Part shown: positions 9,847-20,228 of the stretch, in pieces
How positions within the stretch are numbered: position 1 is the stretch's first letter
How the letters are laid out: every line of letters starts with the position of its first letter
Source of the DNA: Fidelibacterota bacterium
GTDB taxonomy: Bacteria > Fidelibacterota > UBA8477 > JABMPR01
Assembly (NCBI GenBank): GCA_016845065.1
Contig: JAERTG010000023.1
Location: forward strand, 167,553 to 231,552
Direction of reading: 5' to 3'
Length of the DNA stretch: 64,000 nucleotides
Translations under genes and position numbers: made by a program
Notes under the pieces: model-generated
What the model saw: the letters and a program-made list of their open reading frames with translations, nothing else
What the model was told of the DNA's origin: nothing
Database searches by the model: none

Positions 9847-11808
9847 TCATGGAAGGTAAATCATTTTCTTGATTTGAATGTTATCACCTGCAGAAGCGCT
9901 AATGAGATACAATCCTGCAGATGCATACACTCCCTCAGAATCAATTCCGTTCCATGTTATATGCCTTTGACCACTTACTTCATCAATTTTGAATCTACGT
10001 AATATACGACCTCTCACATCAATTATGTCAATTTGAATCAAATTTGCTGATATGTTCGTGATGGGAATCGTAGTATCTCCATTAAACGGGTTGGGAAAGT
10101 TTTGACCCAGACTAAAAACATCAGGTAGTTCTGGTGCTGTCCAGGAAGAGTCCAGGGTAAATTCCATGGACTTCATATTGAATCCGGCTTCATATATTTC
10201 AACAGTTAGCAAATGACTCCCAGCACTCATTGATATATCATCAAGTTGCACAGGTAACCAATTATGCCACCCACCGGTTACTGGAGTCTGTATGGCATCC
10301 TCCATCAACTCACCATCAAGGTAGAGCCGCAAGAGACCTGAGGAGTTTTGACTGGCAACTTCAATATCAAGGCTATAACTACCTCCCTGGTCAACTTCAA
10401 TGGTATATAGAAGCCATTCGCCATCCTCAGTCCATCCAATAATGGGATCACCGTGAGTGTCCATTTCTATATCCACACCATCATTTCTGTACTGATACCC
10501 TGAATTCCACGCAGTATAATCGTTCCAGTGCACGGTTTGGTAAACATGATCATTGTATGAAACACCCTGATGCCCGATATCATAGTCTGCGAATAGGATT
10601 TTTCCGGGAACGAGGAGGTCTTTAAAGGGTTTGTTTTGGTATGCAAATTCGGGATCAAAAAGTGAAGCAACCACACCTGGACGATAAGTGCAATTTTCTG
10701 TTTTGATGTTCTCTGCCAGCTCCATTAGTATAGCCTTGGCAGCTTGGATTGAAGGCTTGTTTTCTCCAGTATCCCAATAATGAATCAACTGACTATAATT
10801 TGTGGGACGGGCAATTGAATACGGGCTTGTTATAGTATCTACTTTTTTGGTTGTCCACCAACACCAGCCCACATTGTTAGCCTCAAATAACTGGACAGCA
10901 TCGTGGAACCATGGATTTGAATTCTCACCAGTTTCACTCATCCATAGCGGAACGTCATAACTGTTGCGCATATCGAGATGATTGTCAATAGAATGAGGTC
11001 CATTTTCGCTCCAATACTTATGGAAACTATATGACATATTATCAACAAAAGGTGGCGTCAACCCGGTAAAGTCTGTTGCATACCAATTACCTTCGATAAA
11101 CAGTATGTGATTGTTATCAACTGCCCGGACTACCTCCGCTATATCTGTATACAGTCTTCGGAATGCCTGGCTGCTCACTCCCTCAGGGAGGACTGGTTCA
11201 TTGAGGAGATCATATCCACCAATCCACGGTTCATCGGCGTATCTGGTTGCAATTGCTTCCCAAATCATCATCGTGTGCGATTTATTGGAGTCTGCCAACC
11301 ACAAACGAGCCGTTCCATCGCTGTCACTAATTGGTCCATGATTCTGCCCGCCAGGGGCACAATGCATATCCAAAACAACATGCATTCCAACATCAGAGCA
11401 CCAGGCAATCAGAGAATCAGTAACTTCATATCCCCATTCATTAGGTACTCCACGTGCCTTGGAAAACATATTATAGTGAAATGGCATCCTAACATGATCA
11501 AAGCCCCATAGGGCTAGTTCTGCAATATCCTCTCGCGTTACATAGTTATCATGATATGCTGCGTAAAACTCATCTGCTCCGGACTCTCCAATCACATCGA
11601 CTATTTGTGCGCGGATACTTGTGGGGGATCCCATTCCAGGAGTGTGTAACATATAGCCTTCTGGAACCAGCCATCCACCAAGACCCATACCTCTCATCAG
11701 AGCCGGATTACCATTTGCATCTACAATGCTCTGGCCTTCAGCATGAACAAATGCCTCCAGAGGGGAAAAAATCACAATCAGGACTAACAATAAGGGCAAG
11801 AGCTTCAA
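9847..11808 (-). CDS. GH5 beta-glucanase (subfamily 46-like) + CBM6 + T9SS-type C-terminal domain
   Basis: GMGLGGWLVPEGYM, YDLLNEP acid/base, WMSETGEN nucleophile; CBM6-like GWTEDGEWLLY and TGGWHNW; QNFPNPFN...KKMIYL tail. Confidence 0.88.
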   Translation of the reverse strand: MKLLPLLLVLIVIFSPLEAFVHAEGQSIVDANGNPALMRGMGLGGWLVPEGYMLHTPGMGSPTSIRAQIVDVIGESGADEFYAAYHDNYVTREDIAELALWGFDHVRMPFHYNMFSKARGVPNEWGYEVTDSLIAWCSDVGMHVVLDMHCAPGGQNHGPISDSDGTARLWLADSNKSHTMMIWEAIATRYADEPWIGGYDLLNEPVLPEGVSSQAFRRLYTDIAEVVRAVDNNHILFIEGNWYATDFTGLTPPFVDNMSYSFHKYWSENGPHSIDNHLDMRNSYDVPLWMSETGENSNPWFHDAVQLFEANNVGWCWWTTKKVDTITSPYSIARPTNYSQLIHYWDTGENKPSIQAAKAILMELAENIKTENCTYRPGVVASLFDPEFAYQNKPFKDLLVPGKILFADYDIGHQGVSYNDHVYQTVHWNDYTAWNSGYQYRNDGVDIEMDTHGDPIIGWTEDGEWLLYTIEVDQGGSYSLDIEVASQNSSGLLRLYLDGELMEDAIQTPVTGGWHNWLPVQLDDISMSAGSHLLTVEIYEAGFNMKSMEFTLDSSWTAPELPDVFSLGQNFPNPFNGDTTIPITNISANLIQIDIIDVRGRILRRFKIDEVSGQRHITWNGIDSEGVYASAGLYLISASAGDNIQIKKMIYLP

Positions 11809-11832
11809 CGTATTAATTCCATTTACTGTTAA

Positions 11833-12900
11833 TCATTTTAGCATTAATACCTTTTGAATAATTTGCTGATCCATTGCATTCACCATCACAATGTAGGATC
11901 CGCTGGAAACCGTTTTGCCAGAATCATTTTTACCATCCCAAACCAGCGTTTGTACACCTGTAGGATTTGACGATATGGCTTTTGAGTAGATTTTTTTGCC
12001 AACCGTATCGAAAATCTCAAATGTTGCATTACCCTGGGAAAAATTTTGCAATATCAGATTCGTATTCGCATTAAAAGGATTGGGGTATGCAGGAGAAAGC
12101 TTCATATCCTCGGGAAGGCTTATTAAGCTGTCGTTGAGTGAAAGAGCAGGTCCACTGTACCCTGTATTAGTTGGGGTTGTCATGCACAGAACCATATAAC
12201 CATTGTTAAACACGACATTCTCTGGAATAAAATCACAGTTGTTCCCATTCCAGGTATGAGTTGCTTTCTGCCACCGGTCAGTATCCCAACTATCAAAATC
12301 ATCATGCCAAACAGGTGTAAAACCATTGTTGGTTCCTGTAGTCCCATCTCCAGGTGTATACGCAGCATAGCTTACCCAATCGTAATAGGCATAAATTGGT
12401 AGATTTGTCGGGTTAAAGGGTCCTACCCAGTCAGGGTAGTCAGGTTGCCAGATATTCATCATTAATTTCTGAGATCGATTTAGTTGTTCGATATGCCCAT
12501 ATTGTTGTCGATAGACCTCCACTCCATCAACAAACCAGGCTACATACCATGGCGTCCACTCGAATGCATAATCATGAAACACAACTGCTGGGTTATAACC
12601 GAGAGTAACTGAATGTTCATGGTTGGTTTGCCAATCTGTAATTGTATTGAACTGCACTCGATTGATATAGCGACCAAGAAATTCAATATCAATTTCATTC
12701 CAATCCTGAATCCCGGCACCTCCGAGTTCGTGGTAGGTAAACAAACTTGAAACCGTTCCGGAAAATGGAGCCGATTTTATTCTCGCTTCAAAGCGGCCGT
12801 ACAGGAAGGTTTCAATTGTTCTGTATTCACCACCACGATAGTCCTTAGCCTGAAGGAACAATACTGGGGATAAAATCAAGATCATGGTCGTTGCTCTCAT
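11833..12900 (-). CDS. GH16 lichenase-type beta-1,3-1,4-glucanase, circularly permuted, with T9SS-type CTD
   Basis: EIDIE catalytic motif without beta-bulge; mature chain begins at GGEYRT..YGRFEAR and WHDDFD follows the core; AYPNPFN CTD; start set at ATG 12900 (signal peptide). Confidence 0.85.
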   Translation of the reverse strand: MRATTMILILSPVLFLQAKDYRGGEYRTIETFLYGRFEARIKSAPFSGTVSSLFTYHELGGAGIQDWNEIDIEFLGRYINRVQFNTITDWQTNHEHSVTLGYNPAVVFHDYAFEWTPWYVAWFVDGVEVYRQQYGHIEQLNRSQKLMMNIWQPDYPDWVGPFNPTNLPIYAYYDWVSYAAYTPGDGTTGTNNGFTPVWHDDFDSWDTDRWQKATHTWNGNNCDFIPENVVFNNGYMVLCMTTPTNTGYSGPALSLNDSLISLPEDMKLSPAYPNPFNANTNLILQNFSQGNATFEIFDTVGKKIYSKAISSNPTGVQTLVWDGKNDSGKTVSSGSYIVMVNAMDQQIIQKVLMLK

Positions 12901-13069
12901 CAATTTCACATAATGAGCGATGTTCATATAACCCTTATTCATTGTGTAAAATCCTGCAATATTGGGTTGGTTGTTATCGTAGGTAAATTGTTATGATTTA
13001 GTGATTCAGGGTAACACGTTGCTCCAGGAAATACATACCTGTTTGGTTTGATTAATCCCACAACTCCCC

Positions 13070-14077
13070 CTACTGGAATAGCCTTACGTAATCTACTTCC
13101 ATGGTTTGGGGGAAAAGTGTAGACGCGTCAGGGTTACCAGGCCAGTCTCCACCTACAGCTACATTCAATATAAGATGAAATTCCTGATCAAATGGCGCTG
13201 GGTAGTCGCCGCCAACTGTAAACCAACTACTTAGTGTCTGAAACAGAACATCGTCAACATACCACCTCATTTCATCCGCCTCCCATTCAAAGGCAAAGGT
13301 GTGAAAGGAGTCAGAAAAATTTCCAGTCGGCAGTACATATGAGGTCCCCGTGGAGCTTTTGTCAGGGTAATAGTTTCCATAATGAATGGTGCCATATGTG
13401 CGTGTTATATCATGACCCAGGAACTCCATGATATCAATCTCACCACTTACAGGCCATCCTCCGTAGACGGAATAAGTGGGCATCATCCATATAGCAGGCC
13501 AGAGTCCTTGTCCTCGAGGTAGTTTTGCTCGGATTTCAATTCGCCCATACTTCCAGTCAACTTTTTGTGCAGTATTCATCCTTGCTGAATTATAAGCAGG
13601 GGCATTTGGATCAAAGGGATTCTCTTTCCTTGCTGTTAAATAAAGGTAGCCGTTTGTCAAGCCAGAATTACCAGGATCCTGGGTATATGACTGCAACTCA
13701 TTGTTGACATAGCCTGGCCACCACTCTTCATGGTTCCATTTTGTCGTATCAATACTACTACCATTAAATTCATCATTCCAAGTCAAACTCCAACCCACAG
13801 GAATTTCGGATGACTTCAGACAATTTCCGTCATCTACAGTGGCAATTGGATCGAAGTTGGCAGAACTTGAATCCGTACAGCCAAAATATTGACAGCTTCC
13901 ATCATCCTCGGTGGCTGTACTATCAAAATTTATTGAATTGGAATCCATACAACCATAGATCACTTCCACAATTGGGTCTTCAGGAGGTGTTGGAGATTTA
14001 CATGCTACTAACAAACCGATTGAAAGAATTGAAATTATAATCAGTTTTGGACTAATCAGATTCAAGTTTACTCCCAT
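13070..14077 (-). CDS. GH16 laminarinase-type endo-beta-1,3-glucanase lipoprotein
   Basis: Lipobox LVAC; WNDEFNG, YGRIEIRAKLP, LWPAIWMMP, GEIDIME (beta-bulge type), MEVDYVR; start uncertain (14077 or TTG 14065). Confidence 0.92.
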   Translation of the reverse strand: MGVNLNLISPKLIIISILSIGLLVACKSPTPPEDPIVEVIYGCMDSNSINFDSTATEDDGSCQYFGCTDSSSANFDPIATVDDGNCLKSSEIPVGWSLTWNDEFNGSSIDTTKWNHEEWWPGYVNNELQSYTQDPGNSGLTNGYLYLTARKENPFDPNAPAYNSARMNTAQKVDWKYGRIEIRAKLPRGQGLWPAIWMMPTYSVYGGWPVSGEIDIMEFLGHDITRTYGTIHYGNYYPDKSSTGTSYVLPTGNFSDSFHTFAFEWEADEMRWYVDDVLFQTLSSWFTVGGDYPAPFDQEFHLILNVAVGGDWPGNPDASTLFPQTMEVDYVRLFQ

Positions 14078-15572
14078 AATCAAAGATATGATCCGTGGTA
14101 ATTTGAGGAAAAGGGGGCACGAGAACAGGATATGGAACATTATCCTGGGCAACAAACATGTCAATATGTGTAATGCTTACCGCTTCATATACATCAAAAT
14201 TGATGTAGATATCACTTGAATATACAGTTTGAAGGCTGTCTATGATGGGATTCATGTATCCTTCAATGAAAGGGATGGAATTTGAAGAACTTATCGTGCT
14301 GTCGTCAATCGAGAACCTGATTACTTCCTTATAAATTCCGGATAGATATTGATCTTGCCACATTTGCTCGTAAGAGATTATTTCCTTACGGGTTGAATAC
14401 CCTTTGGCATATGCTTCTCCAGTTATAATGTGGTCCTTGAGTAAATCTGCTATGGCGAGTTTCACCTGACGGGCAAAATCAGACATTTCAAAGCGTTTTT
14501 CACGAAACACCAAGGGGTGACTGGCCACGAGGATATAAAAATCTTGAACAGTCCAGTCTTTGCCATCAAAAGAGAAGAGTTTTTGATCCAAATGGGATTC
14601 ATTAAGATCAGATTCGTTCAATGCCAGATGCTGCTTTTCAAGGTCCCAAATCGCCTGATTCAGCATGGAGCCTTTATCCGACTCCTTCATCAAGTATTTT
14701 TCAGCCAAATCATCGACCACAACCCGAAAAGTATTTTCTTCAAGAACGAAACTTTTTCCGCGCATAAGTTCAGCAGTATGCTCGTTAAAAATCAGGTTGC
14801 CTTCACGCTCTTTTACCTTCGAGACGACATCCTCCCATAGCGTCCGATTTGCTGATTCGCTCATATTCAGTTTGTCATTCCAACCCATCACCTTGAGAAT
14901 AAGATATTTTCCATCCCTCAGCTCGAGAGGGCCAATTACTGATCCCTTTTCCAGGGGTTGAGAAAATAGTGCTTCCCGAATGATGATTTCTTCATCATCA
15001 AACCAGGTAAGTTTTTTTACTTCCACCACTTTCGTACCAAGAATCCGCTCATAGACGGATTCAAATGATTCTCCATCATCCAGGAAAGTTTTTGTAGCAT
15101 ATGCAAATTGAGAGTCAGGCAGAGTGATGAATCCTAAATCAAACTCACGATGGGCATCCTTAAAGCTCCGATTCAATTGCTCATCAGTTGAATTAACCAG
15201 GTTGATACCATGCTCATATCGATATAGCTGACGCATCGCTTGTTCTCGACGACCCTGAATGTACTTATCAAATTGAATGGGAGATTCAAATTCAGGTTTC
15301 GCTAAGACATCAAGGGCAAGAAGTTTTTCCGCAATCAGTGAATTGAGAATAATTTTTTTGTGGATGCTATTGTCCCCACTACAGTAACTCGGTCGTGGCG
15401 TATATTCAACTCTGCGAATAAATTCTGATTTAGTAATTACCCGATCGCCAACTCGAGCCATTACCTCAGAATTGGGATAGGAGTCGACATCCTTCTTCCC
15501 TCCACATCCACTAAGGAGAAAAAAAGATACGGTCAAGACATAAAAGGATCGGTATATCTTTTGAGCAAGCAT
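14052..15572 (-). CDS. Lipoprotein with SurA/PrsA-like chaperone N-terminus
   Basis: Lipobox LSGC; VMARVGDRVITKSEF and ILNSLIAEKLLA resemble SurA/PrsA N-domain; degenerate parvulin-like segment. Confidence 0.6.
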   Translation of the reverse strand: MLAQKIYRSFYVLTVSFFLLSGCGGKKDVDSYPNSEVMARVGDRVITKSEFIRRVEYTPRPSYCSGDNSIHKKIILNSLIAEKLLALDVLAKPEFESPIQFDKYIQGRREQAMRQLYRYEHGINLVNSTDEQLNRSFKDAHREFDLGFITLPDSQFAYATKTFLDDGESFESVYERILGTKVVEVKKLTWFDDEEIIIREALFSQPLEKGSVIGPLELRDGKYLILKVMGWNDKLNMSESANRTLWEDVVSKVKEREGNLIFNEHTAELMRGKSFVLEENTFRVVVDDLAEKYLMKESDKGSMLNQAIWDLEKQHLALNESDLNESHLDQKLFSFDGKDWTVQDFYILVASHPLVFREKRFEMSDFARQVKLAIADLLKDHIITGEAYAKGYSTRKEIISYEQMWQDQYLSGIYKEVIRFSIDDSTISSSNSIPFIEGYMNPIIDSLQTVYSSDIYINFDVYEAVSITHIDMFVAQDNVPYPVLVPPFPQITTDHIFDYGSKLESD

Positions 15573-15593
15573 CCCTGCTATATCATTAACTCA

Positions 15594-16691
15594 CTAGAAC
15601 TGATATGTCAATGTAAAAGAGTTGGCATACCCTAGCAGACCCATGGATCTATAGGCATAGTCCAATGCAATTGCCTGACGCCCAAACAGCTTGTACTCGA
15701 TTCCCCCACCCCAAGTGATGGCTGAATATGGTATTTCTGAACCAAATAAATTTAGCTCTTCATCGCCATTAACTAAATACAATCCTCGCATTCCAGTTCT
15801 CAGGAACACATGTGTACCTCGAATAAACGCTAAATCGTACTGGAGTCCCAAATTGACTGATTCACTATTATTGTTTGGGTGCAAAACATCTATGGCAACC
15901 AGCAGATTGTGTTTGTGGGTATACAGCGGATATAAGGATATGCCAGCTCTGAATATTACTGGGAGGTCCCATGAATCGGTTTTGTATTCACCTTGAACCG
16001 TAGAATAATTTCCAGCTTCATCTGGTTCAATATCGATGACATTAAGCATATCAATACCAGAATACGACATTTTTGAACCATAATTGGAAATACTCATACC
16101 AATTCGCATACCCTCTTCCTGTTTACCTGTGGGACTGAAGAAGTCGGTTACGATTGAAACACCCAGATCAAGTGCCAATGCACTTGCCCCACTATGCCAA
16201 ATAGTCGATGAGATGTATTTTGTTGATACGCCAAAAGAGAACCAGTTGACGATAGAACGGGCATAGGTCAGAGACATGGCATATTCTGAGGCCTGATAAA
16301 ACTCACCTGTCCCATCCTGGTACCGTAAATTGGTGACTGGAATACTTCCAAAATCGACGTGATTCATGCTTAAGCCAATGTTACCCACATTTGGAACAGT
16401 AATAGCAACTGCGGCATAACGATTGGCAATGCCAGCAACCCAGGCTTGATCCATGACAATTAACTCGGGCTGTACCTGGAAGGCTAAACCTGCTGGGTTC
16501 CAATAAATTGAGGATATGCTTTTGCCTACGCTCACATAGGCCTCACCCATTGCTACTGCTGGTCCAATACCAATTTCCAGGAAATTGGCAGCTGTGGTTC
16601 CATATCTGTACGGTTTCTGGGCAAATAAGGAGCTAGAGACCAGCAACCCTAAAATCGTAATCTTTAAAAATGATTTCATATATGTTCTCAT
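15594..16691 (-). CDS. PorV/PorQ-like (UPF0164) outer-membrane beta-barrel
   Basis: GTTAANFLEIG..AMGEAY..IYWNPAGL family N-terminus; DLPVIFRAG, DYAY; C-terminal Phe. Confidence 0.85.
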   Translation of the reverse strand: MRTYMKSFLKITILGLLVSSSLFAQKPYRYGTTAANFLEIGIGPAVAMGEAYVSVGKSISSIYWNPAGLAFQVQPELIVMDQAWVAGIANRYAAVAITVPNVGNIGLSMNHVDFGSIPVTNLRYQDGTGEFYQASEYAMSLTYARSIVNWFSFGVSTKYISSTIWHSGASALALDLGVSIVTDFFSPTGKQEEGMRIGMSISNYGSKMSYSGIDMLNVIDIEPDEAGNYSTVQGEYKTDSWDLPVIFRAGISLYPLYTHKHNLLVAIDVLHPNNNSESVNLGLQYDLAFIRGTHVFLRTGMRGLYLVNGDEELNLFGSEIPYSAITWGGGIEYKLFGRQAIALDYAYRSMGLLGYANSFTLTYQF

Positions 16692-19600
16692 TTCAACACC
16701 GCAAACTTTCCAATATGTTCTCTTCCAGATTCGTTTGATTCAACGTGGTATATGTACATACCAGCTGCAATCTCCAGATTTTCCTCCGTTAGCAGGTTCC
16801 AATGCATCGATCCATTGGCAGCGGAATTTTCAACTTCGATTGTTTTGATTAAAACTCCAGATGAAGTAAATATCTTGATAACACAAGAGGCTGGGAGATG
16901 CGTAAACATTATCTTACGAGGTTGGTTCAAAAAGCGATTTCTCAACGCAGGTTCCATAGCATTTGTACCCACGTAGGGATTTGGAACCACTTTAATACTA
17001 TCCATGGTTTGAGCTTCCCGGACCATGTCAATCTCATCAATGGTTTTCGTTGTGAAACGGATAGTGTCCGAACCCCAGAATGGTCGCTCAAAACTGAGTT
17101 GGTATCGGTCCCCGACTGAAGGATAGTCGAAATCTCCACCACCAATAAAATCAATTACAAAGGCAGTTCCCAACCACTTGGCAGATGTATCAACACTGCC
17201 CACCAGGATTTTATCTTGAAATTTATTGAACACACCATCGGTTGTCCAACTGGGACCAAAGTGATCTTGAACGACTAAATCCATAATGGGATGATTCCCA
17301 TCATCATCAACTAAACTTGTATTTATGACATAAAAATCAAAGGATTGATCCAAAATGACTTTGGGTGGGAACCACAAACCATTGTCATTTTCATCCCGAA
17401 CATCTGTAGATGATGCTACCTGGCTCGTATATGCTGTTGAATCTCCAGTAAAAACAATCTCATAATCAAATGGGAAGAGATTTGATTCCCGCTTGGTGAG
17501 CGAAACAGTCATATGGTTAATGGGTGAACCGCTAATCCAACCAGTCGCATGTGGACCATCATCAATTTCTGGTTCAGTAACTCTCTGGTCAATCTGCAGT
17601 TGAAGACCATCAAATATATCAGTTTTAATCAGAGTATCTGGATTTAAGGTCCAGGTATTTAAGCCCTCATCCAAAATTAAATTCTCGACGGAGTAATTTG
17701 AATTTCCGCTTGAATCAAAGCGAGATTCGCTATACACTACAATTGGAGACCCGCTTGTAATGTCTGATACTTTATATCCACTTGTAATGTAGTGACTGGG
17801 GTTCGATCTATCATTCACGAGCGTATCAATAAGAAAGGTGACTTCGTAAGTATGTCCATCCTCGATTTGATCACGTGCAAATACAACAGGGGTTACACGC
17901 CCCGTTCCCAGGATGTGATTCTGTAATGAGTCCAACAAAACGACTGGCTCGTTATATCCTGCCGCAGTCGCTCTCGGTGTAACAATCTGGACGTTGGAGC
18001 CAACGCCTGTTACCTCATCATATTCGTTAATGCTAACCACCAGATTATTCTCAGAAGGCGCAATACCGGGAGTACTTGTGCTTATACCGTAGTCGTAGGC
18101 AGTCAACCCATAATAGTATGTTCTACCATTTTGGACATCTTCATCGATATAATAGTGTTTTAATCCTGTCTCTGTTCCGAGGTTGAAAGCAATTCCATTT
18201 ACTAAGCCAAATTCAGCAAAACCAAAGACTGAATCCACTAAATCACATTCGAAAATAGGATCTTTAAAGGTTGGCAGTCCATATCCATCGGTGATTATTT
18301 CGGCATCTTCAAAGAACTTATCTGTTGATTTATAGAGCTTATATCCTTCAAAATCGTTCACATTTCCAATAAATGGATCACGGGTGAGTTTGTCAGAGCG
18401 GTCGTCCCAGGTCAAGATCACTTTCCCATCAGCTACCGTTGCTTCCAGTGTTGGCATCAATGGAGGCTGTGCAAAACGATAGTCTGATTCATAGATCAAC
18501 TGAACCACAGATTTTAATTGGTACAGAGCTGGTGCGACCCAATCTGGAGCCATCATATTTTCATCAGTAGAATGAAGTTCTGCCATGGATATTCGCTCAG
18601 TTCTTCCAGCAAATAGTGGAAAGGGACCTGAAGCGAATAACTCGACTAGGTTGGCGTTCACATCATATAATTTCACCAGTGTATCTGCTGCAACCATATC
18701 CCACATGACATCATCATTATTAAACCATTTGGTACCTGGTGGAGCTGGACCATCAGGAACGGTCACAATTGTAAACAGCTGAAAGGATGTCAATCCAAGC
18801 ATATCAGATTCACTTACATCTGTTTCAGCAAAATTTGGCTCACAGCCAAGGGCTTCGTCATAATCCGGTTTATGATTTCCTTCCGTACCATCTAAATCTG
18901 GACCAGGATAATTCAAATCTAAAGGTCCGAGACCATCTAATCCGACATCATCACCATAGGGTTCAAAAGCCTGGTATATTCCATCTCCATTTAAATCAAC
19001 TCCATCTGTCCAGTCCTGATCCTCATCTCCTGACCAATGTTCTTTCAATTCCGATTCTACAAGTCCGTAGAAATCAAGAAACTTAGCCAGATCTGCAATC
19101 CCATCGGTAGGTCCTATGAGACTTCCTGCCGGATTATCCCTTGCCTCATCTATCAGACCATCATCATCATTGTCTTCCATGTCGTAGGCCAAGCCCGGAC
19201 TCTCCAGGTACGCAAAGCCCATAATTCCCGGAGTACCACCATCAGAAGCCTCTTCATCCTTGTCCCATGAATAGGCCAAATCCAACTCATCATTGTAAAA
19301 ACCAATATCATCGTCCGGACCTTCTCCACCAATGGCATTGTCGACCCAGTATCCGAAGCAAACTTCAGGGAGATCGTAAATTGAATTATTGGTTATGTTG
19401 TATTCCCAGAATAGTGCATCTCGAACCTGTGGATTATTCCACTGAAATCCACGGGTTTCTACACGTAGTCCCAGGCCACCCCAGGGAGCACCATCCTGAA
19501 TGGTAATTGCGTGCCCTTCATCTCCAATAAATCTTCCTGGTTTTGGATAATATTTGACCATGTCATCATCACCCAGATACTCCTGATCCTGGGCATCATT

Positions 19601-20227
19601 TACCACAAAATATGTCTCTAGATCGGCGTATTGAATACCTCGTCCAAATCGGCCATCCCATTCCCCTGGCCACTCTTTTGCATAACCGCCCTTGGGCCAA
19701 CCCTCTAGCGGCCAGGATGCTGTATCATCACTCATAGCAGGATGTTCGCTGGTCTCATTGAAATAACCCCAAACCGGGTAAAAACCCCATTCAACATTAC
19801 TTGTATCGCTCTGATCCATGTGCTCACGATAACTGGTTTGCAAAAAATGAAGAATGTGCAAATTTGGGTTGTTGGCAATTATGTCCGGGTCATCTACGAC
19901 AATAGAGTCCACTGTAGTATCATCCATATCATTCTCAATATAGACACGAGCGCCTACCAGGAGGCCAATACCATCAACCATCTTATACCCAGAATTGTTA
20001 TTGGGCCATTTTGAAGCTGCTTCGTCGGGCCAGTTTGACAATTCAGTATTATTCGTAAACTCGAGATGAATACGGTTGCCATTCATGGTTCCTTCGCGTT
20101 CAGCTTCAAAATCACCTGCGACATCTATCGGACCATTATATGGTCTACCCTGGCTGAACAAAGCAAGTGGCAGTGTGAGGAGTATGATTAATGCTGGCGC
20201 TATGTGGATATGTTTTATTGTTTTCAT
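16688..20227 (-). CDS. Large (~1180 aa) acidic secreted hypothetical protein with variant T9SS-type CTD
   Basis: Signal peptide from ATG 20227; DxDxDG-type motifs; FN3-like segment (FEGYKLYKS, NGRTYYYGLTAYD); IKVVPNPY...GMYIYHV...GKFAVLK tail. Confidence 0.75.
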   Translation of the reverse strand: MKTIKHIHIAPALIILLTLPLALFSQGRPYNGPIDVAGDFEAEREGTMNGNRIHLEFTNNTELSNWPDEAASKWPNNNSGYKMVDGIGLLVGARVYIENDMDDTTVDSIVVDDPDIIANNPNLHILHFLQTSYREHMDQSDTSNVEWGFYPVWGYFNETSEHPAMSDDTASWPLEGWPKGGYAKEWPGEWDGRFGRGIQYADLETYFVVNDAQDQEYLGDDDMVKYYPKPGRFIGDEGHAITIQDGAPWGGLGLRVETRGFQWNNPQVRDALFWEYNITNNSIYDLPEVCFGYWVDNAIGGEGPDDDIGFYNDELDLAYSWDKDEEASDGGTPGIMGFAYLESPGLAYDMEDNDDDGLIDEARDNPAGSLIGPTDGIADLAKFLDFYGLVESELKEHWSGDEDQDWTDGVDLNGDGIYQAFEPYGDDVGLDGLGPLDLNYPGPDLDGTEGNHKPDYDEALGCEPNFAETDVSESDMLGLTSFQLFTIVTVPDGPAPPGTKWFNNDDVMWDMVAADTLVKLYDVNANLVELFASGPFPLFAGRTERISMAELHSTDENMMAPDWVAPALYQLKSVVQLIYESDYRFAQPPLMPTLEATVADGKVILTWDDRSDKLTRDPFIGNVNDFEGYKLYKSTDKFFEDAEIITDGYGLPTFKDPIFECDLVDSVFGFAEFGLVNGIAFNLGTETGLKHYYIDEDVQNGRTYYYGLTAYDYGISTSTPGIAPSENNLVVSINEYDEVTGVGSNVQIVTPRATAAGYNEPVVLLDSLQNHILGTGRVTPVVFARDQIEDGHTYEVTFLIDTLVNDRSNPSHYITSGYKVSDITSGSPIVVYSESRFDSSGNSNYSVENLILDEGLNTWTLNPDTLIKTDIFDGLQLQIDQRVTEPEIDDGPHATGWISGSPINHMTVSLTKRESNLFPFDYEIVFTGDSTAYTSQVASSTDVRDENDNGLWFPPKVILDQSFDFYVINTSLVDDDGNHPIMDLVVQDHFGPSWTTDGVFNKFQDKILVGSVDTSAKWLGTAFVIDFIGGGDFDYPSVGDRYQLSFERPFWGSDTIRFTTKTIDEIDMVREAQTMDSIKVVPNPYVGTNAMEPALRNRFLNQPRKIMFTHLPASCVIKIFTSSGVLIKTIEVENSAANGSMHWNLLTEENLEIAAGMYIYHVESNESGREHIGKFAVLK

Positions 20228-20228
20228 T

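Noticed and set aside
14078..14164. N-terminal extension of the GH16 ORF in the track
   Set aside because: Overlaps the upstream gene and buries the lipoprotein signal. Track starts at 359, 20251, 23162, 26694 and 47754 were shortened for similar reasons
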